A DNA stretch of 64,000 bases from an uncultured Synergistaceae bacterium (GCA_964425765.1 CAYRNZ010000004.1:20218-84217), one strand, 5' to 3'. Positions 18,021 through 27,386 are shown, counted from the stretch's first letter. The notes: generated by a model not told the origin, from the sequence alone. Made by a program: numbers and translations.

Positions 18021-19217
18021 TTATTGTTCCTGCCGGGTGTTTCCCTCGGAAGATTCAGGAATCCGCCAGTTCTCCAGGAAATGGGCGAAAAAAAGCCTGT
18101 ACCCTTCACAAAGGGCATTCCCGCCCTTTTGCCCATCTCCCGCCGGAAGGATCCTGTCCTTCGGGCAACCCCCGAAGCACAGCTTCACGTAGGGACAGGC
18201 GAAGCACGCGTTCGGCAGTCCATGGGTTTTATACATCCCGAAACGCCGGTTTTTCTCCATTATTTCAGCCAGGGGAGCCTCGAGGAGGTTGCCGAGCCTG
18301 TAGTTCCTGAAGGCGTAGTGGTCGCAGGAGTAAACGTCCCCGTCGGTTTCAACGGACGCACCGTGCCCGCAGAGGGCCTCATGAGTGCAGAGTCCGCCCG
18401 GTTTCCCCAGTATATTGCCTGCCGTTGCCTCGAATAGCTGCACGTGCTTTCTTCCGAGGTCTTGTCTTTTCCAGAGGTCGAAGACCCGGCAGAGAAATCT
18501 GCCGAAATCCTCGGCAGAGACGGAAAAATCAGTCAGTTTCCGGCCGAACAGGGAACTGTGGCTCCCTGGCGGCATGCCGAAACGCTGCCCTTCATCGATT
18601 TCGAAGAAAGCCCCCTCTGTTTCCACGACCGGCAGGAACTGCATGAAATCCGTTATTTCCCTTAGGAATCCGTAGACTTCATCCGGATACTTCGAATTGG
18701 CGGCGTTTATGGTCGTCAGGGTGTTGAATTCCACTCCGTGTTTTTGCAAAAGCCCGATTCCGGAGGCGACCCTCCCGAACGAGCCGCCTTCAGGTCCGAC
18801 CCGGTAGACGTCGTGTAGCCTTTCCGGGCCGTCGACGCTGACCCCGAGCAGGAAGCCGTTTTCCGCGAAGAACGCGCACCACTCGTCGTCCAGCAGCGTC
18901 GCGTTGGTCTGCAGCGTGTTGAGGATTTCCCGGCCTTCCCCGTACCTTTTCTCCAGTTCCAGGGCTTTCCGGAAAAAAACGATCCCCGCCAGGGTCGGCT
19001 CACCCCCGTGCCAGGCAAATTCCACCGTGGCGTCCGTTCCGTTGGCCTGCAGGTTCTGCCTTATGTATGCCTCCAGGATTTCGTCCGGCATCACGCGATG
19101 CCTTTGTCGAAGGAGAGTCGGTTTCTCGACGTAATAGCAATATTTGCAGCTGAGGTTGCAATGCCCACCGACGACCTTGGCCATGACGGCAAAGGTCCTG
19201 GTGTCGGGGGTTCCCAT
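18021..19217 (-). CDS. anaerobic sulfatase-maturating enzyme (radical SAM/SPASM)
   Basis: CNLSCKYCYY cluster motif and a Cys-rich SPASM C-terminus. ATG at 19217 overlaps the sulfatase stop (TAATG). Confidence 0.88.
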   Translation of the reverse strand: MGTPDTRTFAVMAKVVGGHCNLSCKYCYYVEKPTLLRQRHRVMPDEILEAYIRQNLQANGTDATVEFAWHGGEPTLAGIVFFRKALELEKRYGEGREILNTLQTNATLLDDEWCAFFAENGFLLGVSVDGPERLHDVYRVGPEGGSFGRVASGIGLLQKHGVEFNTLTTINAANSKYPDEVYGFLREITDFMQFLPVVETEGAFFEIDEGQRFGMPPGSHSSLFGRKLTDFSVSAEDFGRFLCRVFDLWKRQDLGRKHVQLFEATAGNILGKPGGLCTHEALCGHGASVETDGDVYSCDHYAFRNYRLGNLLEAPLAEIMEKNRRFGMYKTHGLPNACFACPYVKLCFGGCPKDRILPAGDGQKGGNALCEGYRLFFAHFLENWRIPESSEGNTRQEQ

Positions 19218-21034
19218 TACCCCGCCTTGCGACGAACGAGCGGAGCCAATGCAAGCAAGGGCAGCACCAGGAAGAGTCCCGCTGCGGACCCGGCACCGCC
19301 GCTGCATCCCCCGCCTGTCGAGGAGGCTGTTTCGCCAGGTGTCTCCTCTTCCGGGCCCGGAGGGGTAGAACCCGTGTAGGCCTCGATCGCCGAGGTGAAC
19401 TCTGTGCCGTCGTCCCTGCCTATCTCCCTGGTGATCAGCCCGTTGAGGAGCGCGTTCATCTTCATGATCAGCGCGGCGTTCGACTCGGGCTCGCTCGCCA
19501 GGTTGTTCATCTCCAGGGGGTCCTTCTCCAAATCGTAAAGTTCGATATCGTTGCGCTCCAGCAGTTCCGGAAGGGTCATCGGCATGTTGAAATCGGAGGA
19601 GAAATACCGGGCGAACTTGTACCGTTCGGTCACGACTCCCCTGATGAACCCCCGGGCGTCCGTGTCGAAGGTATAGACGGTGTTTCCGTCCTGGTCAAGG
19701 CTGGCCTGGGCCATCGTCATGGAGATCATCTCGAAACAGAAGAGGGCCCCCTCCCTGACGCATTTCGAGGTCCCGTCGACGAGGTCCATCAGGTTGCGGC
19801 CGGGCAGTTTCCCGATAATGTCCCTTTTTTGCCCCTTGGGGATGTTGGTCATGTGAACGAAGGTCGTCGCCAGGTCGATATGGCTGGTCACGGCGGAAAC
19901 GGATTTTCCGCCCTCGTGTTCCGGGTGGCAGATGACCAGCGGGACGTGGATGTTTTCCTCGTACATGACCCCGGCCTTGCCCTTGAGGCCGTGTGCCCCC
20001 GCCATCTCGCCGTGGTCCGCCGTGAACACGACGATCGTGTTGTCCAGCAGGCCTAGGCTGACAAGGGACTGGAGGATATTCATGAGGTTGTTGTCGCTGT
20101 CCTGGATGCAGTTGAAGTAGTAGTCGCGAAAATCCTTCCAGCCTTCTTTGGTCGTGACGGAGCCCGTCTGTCTTTCCCATCGCGCCTTGTAGGCCGCTAT
20201 CGCTGCGGGCAGAGTGCCGTCACCGAGGTCCTGGTTCCAGGAGGGGGGCACTTCCACGTCGTAGGATTTCCTGTATACCTCGGCGTCCGGGGCCCCGCCG
20301 ACTTCCACCATGCCCTGGAAATCCTCGTCCGTGTTGTAGAACATCACGTCATGGGGGTTGATCAGGTTGACGGCCAGGAAAAACGATTTCCCGGCTTCAT
20401 TCGTTCCGACCCCCCTGGTCCGGAGCCATTCGACCGCAGCCCCCGCGATTTCCGGGTCCCGTTCGTACCCTTCCCACATGCTGCTGAGATAGTCCCCGGA
20501 CACGACCCCCCAGTCGGAGAAGCCGTATCCCTCCAGGCTCGTCCTCGGGTCGGAATCGTCGTTCCCGAGGAGGCTGGTGTCGTCCATGTGCCATTTCCCC
20601 TTGTAGGCGGTGACGTAACCGGCCGACCGCATCATGTCGCCGACGGTCGTGATGTCCTCGGACATGGCACCCTGCCAGTCCCAGTCCGTGTTGTCGATCA
20701 TCCTCGTGTCGGTGATGTGGGTCCCCGTGTAGATGACCGACCGGGACGAGGTGGACATGGTGGAGCAGGCGTAGTGTTTTTCAAAGGTCGTCCCGAGTTC
20801 CGCGAGGAGTTGCCGGGCCTGGTAATTCGTACCTTCGGGGAATTTTTCGAAATGGTGCTCCTGGTCCGTGACGATGAACAGGATGTTGTAGTTCCCGTCC
20901 GCGTTCGGTTTCGGGGTTGGGTCCGGTTTTTCCAGTGCGGCCGCATTGCCTCTTTCCGAGTTCCCCGCGAAAAAGGCCGGGGAGAGCAAGGAGGCCGCCA
21001 GGGTCGCGGCCAGGAACCTGTTCTTCACGTTCAT
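19217..21034 (-). CDS. Ser-type sulfatase with signal peptide and C-terminal sorting-signal-like tail
   Basis: ILFIVTDQ metal site. FGly-site region MSTSSRSVIYTG (nt 20741-20755 encode STSSR). Tail reads GGGCSGGAGSAAGLFLVLPLLALAPLVRRKAG. Confidence 0.88.
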   Translation of the reverse strand: MNVKNRFLAATLAASLLSPAFFAGNSERGNAAALEKPDPTPKPNADGNYNILFIVTDQEHHFEKFPEGTNYQARQLLAELGTTFEKHYACSTMSTSSRSVIYTGTHITDTRMIDNTDWDWQGAMSEDITTVGDMMRSAGYVTAYKGKWHMDDTSLLGNDDSDPRTSLEGYGFSDWGVVSGDYLSSMWEGYERDPEIAGAAVEWLRTRGVGTNEAGKSFFLAVNLINPHDVMFYNTDEDFQGMVEVGGAPDAEVYRKSYDVEVPPSWNQDLGDGTLPAAIAAYKARWERQTGSVTTKEGWKDFRDYYFNCIQDSDNNLMNILQSLVSLGLLDNTIVVFTADHGEMAGAHGLKGKAGVMYEENIHVPLVICHPEHEGGKSVSAVTSHIDLATTFVHMTNIPKGQKRDIIGKLPGRNLMDLVDGTSKCVREGALFCFEMISMTMAQASLDQDGNTVYTFDTDARGFIRGVVTERYKFARYFSSDFNMPMTLPELLERNDIELYDLEKDPLEMNNLASEPESNAALIMKMNALLNGLITREIGRDDGTEFTSAIEAYTGSTPPGPEEETPGETASSTGGGCSGGAGSAAGLFLVLPLLALAPLVRRKAG

Positions 21035-21353
21035 TGAGGATCCCTCCCAGGATAGCCTGGCACAGGGTCCAGGGAAAAAGGCGGCCCCGGTTGTTGCCTG
21101 GCGGCGAAATCAATTACCCTAGTGTAATGAATGCAAGAGTAAAACAGGTAAAGAGCGAACCGTCTAAAATTCTAGCAACGATTAAAAAAAGTGCAAGAGT
21201 TCCGGGGTAGGCTTGATAAGCGAAGAAACAGGTTTTTCCCACGGGTTAAGGCCCGTTTCATCGTTTTGGCTTATCCTCAACAAGACGAAGCATCAAAGAT
21301 GCCGGGGTTGGGTCGATACCAGCCCGGCACGGTTTCCAAGGAGGGTTTTTGCG

Positions 21354-22085
21354 ATGCGCGAAAAGGGAAAATGGTGTTGGTTGATTGTCTTTGCGTTCCT
21401 GGTGGCGTTTTCTCTCCAGGCCGGGCGGGCGGAAGCCTCGGGGACCGGGGGGTACGCCGGCAGCTACGTAGGCCAGTTTATCGGGGAAGATTACGGGATG
21501 CTTTCCCTGGAGATCGACGGGGCAGGCTCGATCGTGGGAAAAGGTAAATCCACGAAGTACGAGATGGTCCTGGAGTTCTCGGGCTCGGCCCAGCCTGACG
21601 GGGTTTTCCAGTTCAATTCGACGGGTGACGGGATGATTTTCGCCGGGTCGATCGATTTCCTCGGCCGCGGAAGCGGGAAGTGGGCCAAGTCGGACGGTTC
21701 CCGAGGATCCTTCAACTTCGTTCTCCAGCAGGCCAGGGAAGCCCTGCCCCAAGCCGCGCCAAAGGCGAACGTCGTTTCGCAGCTTGTCGGTGCCAACTTC
21801 CAGGGGCAGTATGTCGGGCAGTTCATCGGTGAGGATTACGGGCTGATCTCGCTGGGAATCGACGAGCGGGGCTCGATCCTCGGAACCGGAAAGTCGACGA
21901 AGTACGAAGTGACAATGGATTTCTCGGGCTCGGTCCAGCCCGGTGGAGCAATGGAATTCGTCACGGCGGACGGCGGTATGGTCTTTTCCGGGGCCATCGA
22001 CTGGATGAACCGCGTCGGGGGGAAATGGACCAAGAAGGACGGATCCGCAGGATCGTTCAATTGCATCCTGCAGACATCGAAGTAG
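21354..22085 (+). CDS. secreted protein with two tandem copies of an unrecognised ~95-aa domain
   Basis: ATG after AAGGAGGG. Signal peptide MREKGKWCWLIVFAFLVAFSLQAGRAEA. Internal repeat at about 21447-21731 and 21792-22073. Confidence 0.75.
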   Translation: MREKGKWCWLIVFAFLVAFSLQAGRAEASGTGGYAGSYVGQFIGEDYGMLSLEIDGAGSIVGKGKSTKYEMVLEFSGSAQPDGVFQFNSTGDGMIFAGSIDFLGRGSGKWAKSDGSRGSFNFVLQQAREALPQAAPKANVVSQLVGANFQGQYVGQFIGEDYGLISLGIDERGSILGTGKSTKYEVTMDFSGSVQPGGAMEFVTADGGMVFSGAIDWMNRVGGKWTKKDGSAGSFNCILQTSK

Positions 22086-22167
22086 GGAAATACCGAATTT
22101 GAAGAGAAGGGAACGGGCCGCCCGATCGCGGCCCGTCCCCTTCTGCCTGCTTGTTGGGACCGTCGTG

Positions 22168-22554
22168 TTACCAGTTGCCCGGAACGGCTCCGAAGGTCCC
22201 TCCCGCGCTGTTGTTCGCGAGCGCCCACTTGCCGTTGAGGCGGCTCATCCAGTCCACGGTTCCGTTGAAGACCATGCCGGCCGACTTGAACTGGAATCCC
22301 CCACCCGACTGGTAGGAGCCCGAAAGCTGTGCCTCGGCGCCCGTCTTGCCCGATGTCGCGGTCCCGCTAATGCTGCCGCTGGGGTCGAAGGTCAGGACAA
22401 ACACCCCGTAGTCTTCCACACCGTGGTAAAACCCCTTGTAGTTGCCCGCGTACTGCGCAGCCTGCACTGGAACGGCAAGCATGAAGGCGGCTACGATGGT
22501 TGCGCAGGCAACGACCACGGCAATCCTGAACGCGGATTTCCTTTTCACGGTCAT
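22168..22554 (-). CDS. secreted protein with one copy of the same domain
   Basis: Signal peptide then YAGNYKGFYHGVEDYGVFVLTFDPSGSISG...GMVFNGTVDWMSRLNGKW, which aligns to both repeats of 21354..22085. Confidence 0.7.
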   Translation of the reverse strand: MTVKRKSAFRIAVVVACATIVAAFMLAVPVQAAQYAGNYKGFYHGVEDYGVFVLTFDPSGSISGTATSGKTGAEAQLSGSYQSGGGFQFKSAGMVFNGTVDWMSRLNGKWALANNSAGGTFGAVPGNW

Positions 22555-22774
22555 TACCTCCTTTGAAAAAACCTTGTAGAAGAGATTTAAACCAGCCCAA
22601 AAGCCGGCCTAGTTTAAAGATAATAATGCAAAGCGTGAAATAAAGCAATTGCTAACAGTAAGCCTGTTTAACGAGGAGGCTGCTTTTTTCTGGGCCTGTT
22701 TTCGAAAGGCCTTTAATGCCCGTTCAAATGTTGTTCTTTAAAGAGCGACGTCGGTGCAGGTTCTTTTTCGTACC

Positions 22775-23644
22775 TCAAAAATGGAAAACAGTGCCCGAGC
22801 CCATCGTGGAGAAGCGTTTACCGAACCTGGCGTAGAGAGAGGCCTGGGCACGGAAACCGGTACAATGTCCCGCGGCCACCAGGGAGGGCGAAAAGCCTTC
22901 CAGGGCAGAGACGGTCTTTTCGATTCTGCCTTCGGGCGCTTCGACGAGGTGAAGGCCGCCGATCACCGCTTCGACTCGTTCCCCGGGTTCCAGGACATGT
23001 TTCAGGATGTTGACGATACCTGAATGGCTGCAGCCGGTCACGACGACAACTCCTTTGTTTCTCACGCGGGCCGCCAGGGACAGATCGTCCGGCATGAGGT
23101 CGGGAACGACCCGGCCTTGCCCGTCCAGGGTGGAAAGCGCGATCCCGACTTCTTCGAAATCAGTGACCCTCGGCACCTCTCCCGTGGTGCAAAGCCCCGG
23201 CATCAGCTGTAAGGGACCGGTGACGGAAACGAGCCGACCCCCTGCAGCTTCCAGGTTTTCCGGCATATCCTTCCGCATCACGCCGACATGCTGGAAAAAA
23301 GGGACCGTGACGAAATTCAACCTGAAGAGGGCACGGTGAGCGATGACCGGCAGGTCCGCCCTGCCGGTCGCTTCGAGGATCCGGGCAAGTCCCTGGGTGT
23401 GGTCGTAGTGGCAATGCGTAAGAACGACCGCGTCCGTACACCCCAGGGGTACCCCGAGTTTTTCGATGTTGTGGAGCAGCGCGTCGGGATTCTGCCCGAC
23501 GTCGACCAGGATATGCCTCGTGACGCCTTCGCGCTCCGCTTCAAGCCAGTAGGACACCCCGTGCTGGCCAAGCAGGGGGCTCTCGTAGGGGACGCTATCT
23601 TCCGCCAAAACCGTGACCGTCAGCCTGTCGAGCACTCCGTCCAC
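22775..23644 (-). CDS. MBL-fold metallo-hydrolase (COG1237-like), paralog B
   Basis: HCHYDH and GCSHSG motifs. 289 aa, colinear with the 2588..3457 product. Confidence 0.85.
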   Translation of the reverse strand: MDGVLDRLTVTVLAEDSVPYESPLLGQHGVSYWLEAEREGVTRHILVDVGQNPDALLHNIEKLGVPLGCTDAVVLTHCHYDHTQGLARILEATGRADLPVIAHRALFRLNFVTVPFFQHVGVMRKDMPENLEAAGGRLVSVTGPLQLMPGLCTTGEVPRVTDFEEVGIALSTLDGQGRVVPDLMPDDLSLAARVRNKGVVVVTGCSHSGIVNILKHVLEPGERVEAVIGGLHLVEAPEGRIEKTVSALEGFSPSLVAAGHCTGFRAQASLYARFGKRFSTMGSGTVFHF

Positions 23645-23676
23645 CTCCAGGCGCCGGTTTCCCAGGGCCGGCTGCC

Positions 23677-24945
23677 TCAGTATTCCGTCACGTACTGGAA
23701 CCGTTTCCTGAACTCGTCCGGGGAAAGGTTGGCCGCGACGGCAAGCTTTTCAAACTCGATTCCCGGCTCAAAATCCTTCTTTTCCAGGCGGATCATGTAC
23801 TCTCTCGCGATGCGGTACTGTATCGACTTGGTGTTCACCAGGCGGATCTGCGTCTTTTTAGTCGCGGGGTCCATGATGTCGGCAAAAGCCAAGGGGACGA
23901 TCGTGTCGTTCTGGATGGTGATCATCGCGTTCGTCCCGCCCTTCCGGAGGAATTCCATGGCGGCGTAGCCGAGGTTGCGAGTGTATTCGATGTCGAAAGC
24001 GTTGGGCGGGGCACACCGGACTTCATAGCCGAGTTCCTTGTTGTTGATCGTCATCTTGATGCCGAGGGAGCCGAGGTTTGCGATCACTTCCCTTTTCAGC
24101 ACGTCCGAGAAGTTGATCTCCGCGTAGCGGGTATGTCCGTGGTCGTCGAACTCGAGGCAGTCCGCTGCTTCAAGGTCCTCGATCCGGATCTTCTCGATCA
24201 GCCCCTCGGCGGTCACCGCGACCCCGTAATTTCTCCCGGAGGCCAGCCTCTTGATGATCGAGCCCGTGATGATGTCGACAACCAGTGAGAGGGGAATTTT
24301 CTTCCTGGAAGGGAACTCTTCAGGGATGAGTTCCATCGTCGCCCCGGCGCTCTTGCCGATGCCGAGGGCGAGGTGCCCGGCGACCCTTCCCATGGCGACC
24401 ACGATAAACCACCTGCCGGTGGTTTTGGCATCGACCATGAGGTTTGAGACGATCTGGGCCCCGAGGGCACGGGCCGATTCGAAACCGAAGGTCGGGATGG
24501 ACCCGGGCAGCGGAAGGTCGTTGTCGATCGTCTTGGGGACGTGGACGAAGTTGATGCTCAGGTCGCGCTTGTTCTTCGCGTAATCGGCAACGCAGGAAGC
24601 CGCGTAGGCCGTATCGTCCCCCCCGATAGTGACGAGGTGCGAGACGCCCATCTCGATCAGGGTATCCGCTACGTTCTTCAGGTACTCCTCGCTCTTCGTG
24701 GGGTTGAACCTCGAAATGCGGAGGATGCTGCCTCCCTCGGAGTAGATGCGGCTAACCTTGTCGATGGTCAGCGGGGTGAATACTTTTTCTCCTTTCGCCA
24801 GGTTAGAGAACCCGTCGTAGATGCCGTAAACATCCCAGCCCGACTTGATCGCTTCGATGGTCACCGAGCTGATGACGCTGTTGATCCCCGGTGCCGGTCC
24901 ACCTCCGCAGACGATGGCAAGGGTTTTTTGGCCGGGATTTTTCAT
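23677..24945 (-). CDS. pfp: pyrophosphate-dependent 6-phosphofructokinase
   Basis: GGGPAPGINSV. GGDDT (Asp, not Gly) and PKTIDND (Lys) are PPi-type signatures. ATG 24945 follows GAGGAGGA; the ORF-track start 25083 is an extension. Confidence 0.88.
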   Translation of the reverse strand: MKNPGQKTLAIVCGGGPAPGINSVISSVTIEAIKSGWDVYGIYDGFSNLAKGEKVFTPLTIDKVSRIYSEGGSILRISRFNPTKSEEYLKNVADTLIEMGVSHLVTIGGDDTAYAASCVADYAKNKRDLSINFVHVPKTIDNDLPLPGSIPTFGFESARALGAQIVSNLMVDAKTTGRWFIVVAMGRVAGHLALGIGKSAGATMELIPEEFPSRKKIPLSLVVDIITGSIIKRLASGRNYGVAVTAEGLIEKIRIEDLEAADCLEFDDHGHTRYAEINFSDVLKREVIANLGSLGIKMTINNKELGYEVRCAPPNAFDIEYTRNLGYAAMEFLRKGGTNAMITIQNDTIVPLAFADIMDPATKKTQIRLVNTKSIQYRIAREYMIRLEKKDFEPGIEFEKLAVAANLSPDEFRKRFQYVTEY

Positions 24946-25309
24946 TTTGTTCCTCCTCGGGAATAAGGTTTGGCAAATTTTACCATAAGCCCCGGCAAGG
25001 ATTGCAAAACTCGGGAAATCATCGTCCAGGCCTTTATTACACGCGCCTATGTCGCCTTCCCTAGCGCGGAGAATTCCGGGCACAGGTCAAAGAGTCCTCC
25101 ATCTGCGGCTCAATGCCTACCGGTCATCACACTCGCAAAAAGCCGATATTGCGTTTCCCTTTCCTACGGTCCGGTTACGGGAACCTAGAACCTTTTTTCT
25201 CTTTTTTCTTGCGAAATGGGGAGCCCTGCCAAATGCTTTCAAGATGAAAGATGTTATAATCAACTAAACATTAAAATAAAATCATTACACTAAGAAAGGG
25301 GTGCCGCCA

Positions 25310-26464
25310 ATGAAAGAACTTTCCGTCTGGGAGAGAATAAGGGAAGCGGTCCTAGCGCTTGGCGGCAAAGCGACTTACCGGGAGATTATCGATTACCTCA
25401 ACCGGGATACCCCGGGGATAGACCCGAAAATGATCCAGATAACGATCATCGGATGCACGGTGAACCACGGGAGCCGCATCCACTACACCAGCAAGCGGGA
25501 GCGGTTCGCTGACAAGCCGTATGATTTCCTGTATCAGCCGAGGAGCAGGGTCGGATACGTGGAATGGTACGATCCGGCCCGACATGGCGTCTGGGGCAAC
25601 CTGAGAGGGGAGGACGGGAAACTCCGTGTCGCCCGCTTCGACCTGGCACAGGTCGCCAGCGGTCCCGTGTGCATTCCTTCCATCCCGATCGGGACATCCC
25701 GTTCTAAAGGCCGGAAAATCGAAAGAAAACGGGCTCGACGGACGGACTCCCGGCTCGAAAGGCTTATCGAGGGACTGAAAGGCAGGCTCGACCTGACAGG
25801 TTCCTTCGACCTGGCGTTCTATCCGGCTTACCAGAGCCTTCCCCTCTGCATCCTGGCGTCGATCTTCCATCTCTCCCCGAAGGGGGAGGGCAAAGAGAGC
25901 GTCGTTTCCAGTTATTGCCGGTATTTTTCGCTCAAGGAAAAAAGGGAAGATCCCTACACCTTGCCGCCCGAGGAAGAGCAGGAGAGCGTTTCGGTTTTCC
26001 TCGAAAAGGCGGGTCGGCTAGGAGTGGAGGCTTTTGCCCGGGACGTACTGGGCAACCTGGCAAAAGCATCCGCAAGAAGCCAGAAGTTCATGGCTGAATC
26101 TGCGGTACGCTTTGCCCGTGTCCTGAGAACCCACAAGGCGGAATTCCTGCAGGACGTCCCGTCCGCCCAGGGGCGGGTTACTTTCGAAAACGCCGTGATG
26201 TCGATCCCCGGCCTGCAATCCGGCCTGGAGGTCCGTTATTTCTACAGGCTGGCCGGATGTGCGGAACTGCCCAAGGTCGACCGCCTCACTCGGAGGTTCC
26301 TCATCGAGCAGATCGGGGAGAACCTGTCGCAGGAAGAAGCCGGGCGATTGCTGGAAGACGTGGTCGCGCGGCTGAAGACCGAGTACCCGCAAATGACACC
26401 CGCTATACTGGAAAGGCAGATCGGCTTGTATAAAATGGAACAGTTGGCGGGAGTCCAGGGCTAA
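25310..26464 (+). CDS. hypothetical protein: N-terminal winged-helix-like + C-terminal helix-hairpin-helix-like region
   Basis: N-terminus WERIREAVLALGGKATYREIIDYL. C-terminal IPGLQSGLEVRYFYRLAGCAELPKVDRLTRRFL resembles the HhH/PVDxH segment of endonuclease III-type proteins. Confidence 0.5.
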   Translation: MKELSVWERIREAVLALGGKATYREIIDYLNRDTPGIDPKMIQITIIGCTVNHGSRIHYTSKRERFADKPYDFLYQPRSRVGYVEWYDPARHGVWGNLRGEDGKLRVARFDLAQVASGPVCIPSIPIGTSRSKGRKIERKRARRTDSRLERLIEGLKGRLDLTGSFDLAFYPAYQSLPLCILASIFHLSPKGEGKESVVSSYCRYFSLKEKREDPYTLPPEEEQESVSVFLEKAGRLGVEAFARDVLGNLAKASARSQKFMAESAVRFARVLRTHKAEFLQDVPSAQGRVTFENAVMSIPGLQSGLEVRYFYRLAGCAELPKVDRLTRRFLIEQIGENLSQEEAGRLLEDVVARLKTEYPQMTPAILERQIGLYKMEQLAGVQG

Positions 26465-26567
26465 CCAGCGGTCGCACGGTTTTTACCGGAAAGCGCATAG
26501 GGCTGCGGTACCAAACGGCCCGTATCATGCGGTTTGTCTGCCGGTTGCCCGGAAGGAGACAAATCGC

Positions 26568-27386
26568 ATGACGGCACGTATCCTGCAAAGAGACGTCTCC
26601 TGCAAGTCCGCCCTCAACAGGACGGGGATCCCGGGCTACGACTATTGTTTGAACCCCTATGGCGGCTGCACGCACGCCTGCGTGTACTGCTACGCTTCCT
26701 TCATTTGCCGGTTCTCTGCCCATGAACGGCCATGGGGAGAATTCCTCGACGTCAAGGCCAATTTTCCGGAAGTGCTCGCCAGGCAGTTGAGAAGCCGGAG
26801 GAGATCCCCTGCCGGGCGGATCCTGCTCGGCACGGTCACCGACGTCTACCAGCCGGCGGAAGAGAAGTTCCGGCTGACCCGTTCCTGCCTCGAAATCCTT
26901 TCCGGATACCCTTCACTGGAAATCCATATCCTCACGAAATCGGCACTGGTCAGGAGGGACATCGCGATCCTGCGTGAAATGCGCGATTGCCAGGTCGGGT
27001 TTACGGTGACGACTGTCGACCCGGAAGTCGCCGGAGTGTTCGAACCAGGGGCTTCGTCACCGAAGGCGAGGCTTGAGGCGGCTGCGGAATTGAGGGGGGC
27101 GGGCATTTCGGTCTGGGTTTTTGTCGCGCCGCTGCTGCCGGGAATCACCGACACCGATGAATCCCTGGATTCACTCAGGTTGGCGATTCGCCGGGCAGGG
27201 GTCAAGGATATCCAGCTGGATTGCCTCAATCCTTACCCAGCAATTGTCGGGTGCCTCCTGGACACCTACAGGGACCGTTTTCCCGGTGCGACCGGGCATC
27301 TGGAAGCCTACCTGCGAAACCCGGCAAGTTACAAGGCCGGGCTCGCGAAAAGGATTCGCCTCCGCCTGCAGGAACCACGCACCTGA
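26568..27386 (+). CDS. SPL-family (COG1533, DNA photolyase-like) radical SAM protein
   Basis: NPYGGCTHACVYCYA cluster motif near the N-terminus, 272 aa. RBS GGAAGGAG. Confidence 0.8.
   Translation: MTARILQRDVSCKSALNRTGIPGYDYCLNPYGGCTHACVYCYASFICRFSAHERPWGEFLDVKANFPEVLARQLRSRRRSPAGRILLGTVTDVYQPAEEKFRLTRSCLEILSGYPSLEIHILTKSALVRRDIAILREMRDCQVGFTVTTVDPEVAGVFEPGASSPKARLEAAAELRGAGISVWVFVAPLLPGITDTDESLDSLRLAIRRAGVKDIQLDCLNPYPAIVGCLLDTYRDRFPGATGHLEAYLRNPASYKAGLAKRIRLRLQEPRT

Noticed and set aside
21058-21063. TGGCAC resembling a sigma-54 -24 element between the sulfatase gene and the repeat-domain gene.
   Set aside because: No TTGC -12 element lies at the required spacing, and it is about 290 nt from the nearest start codon.
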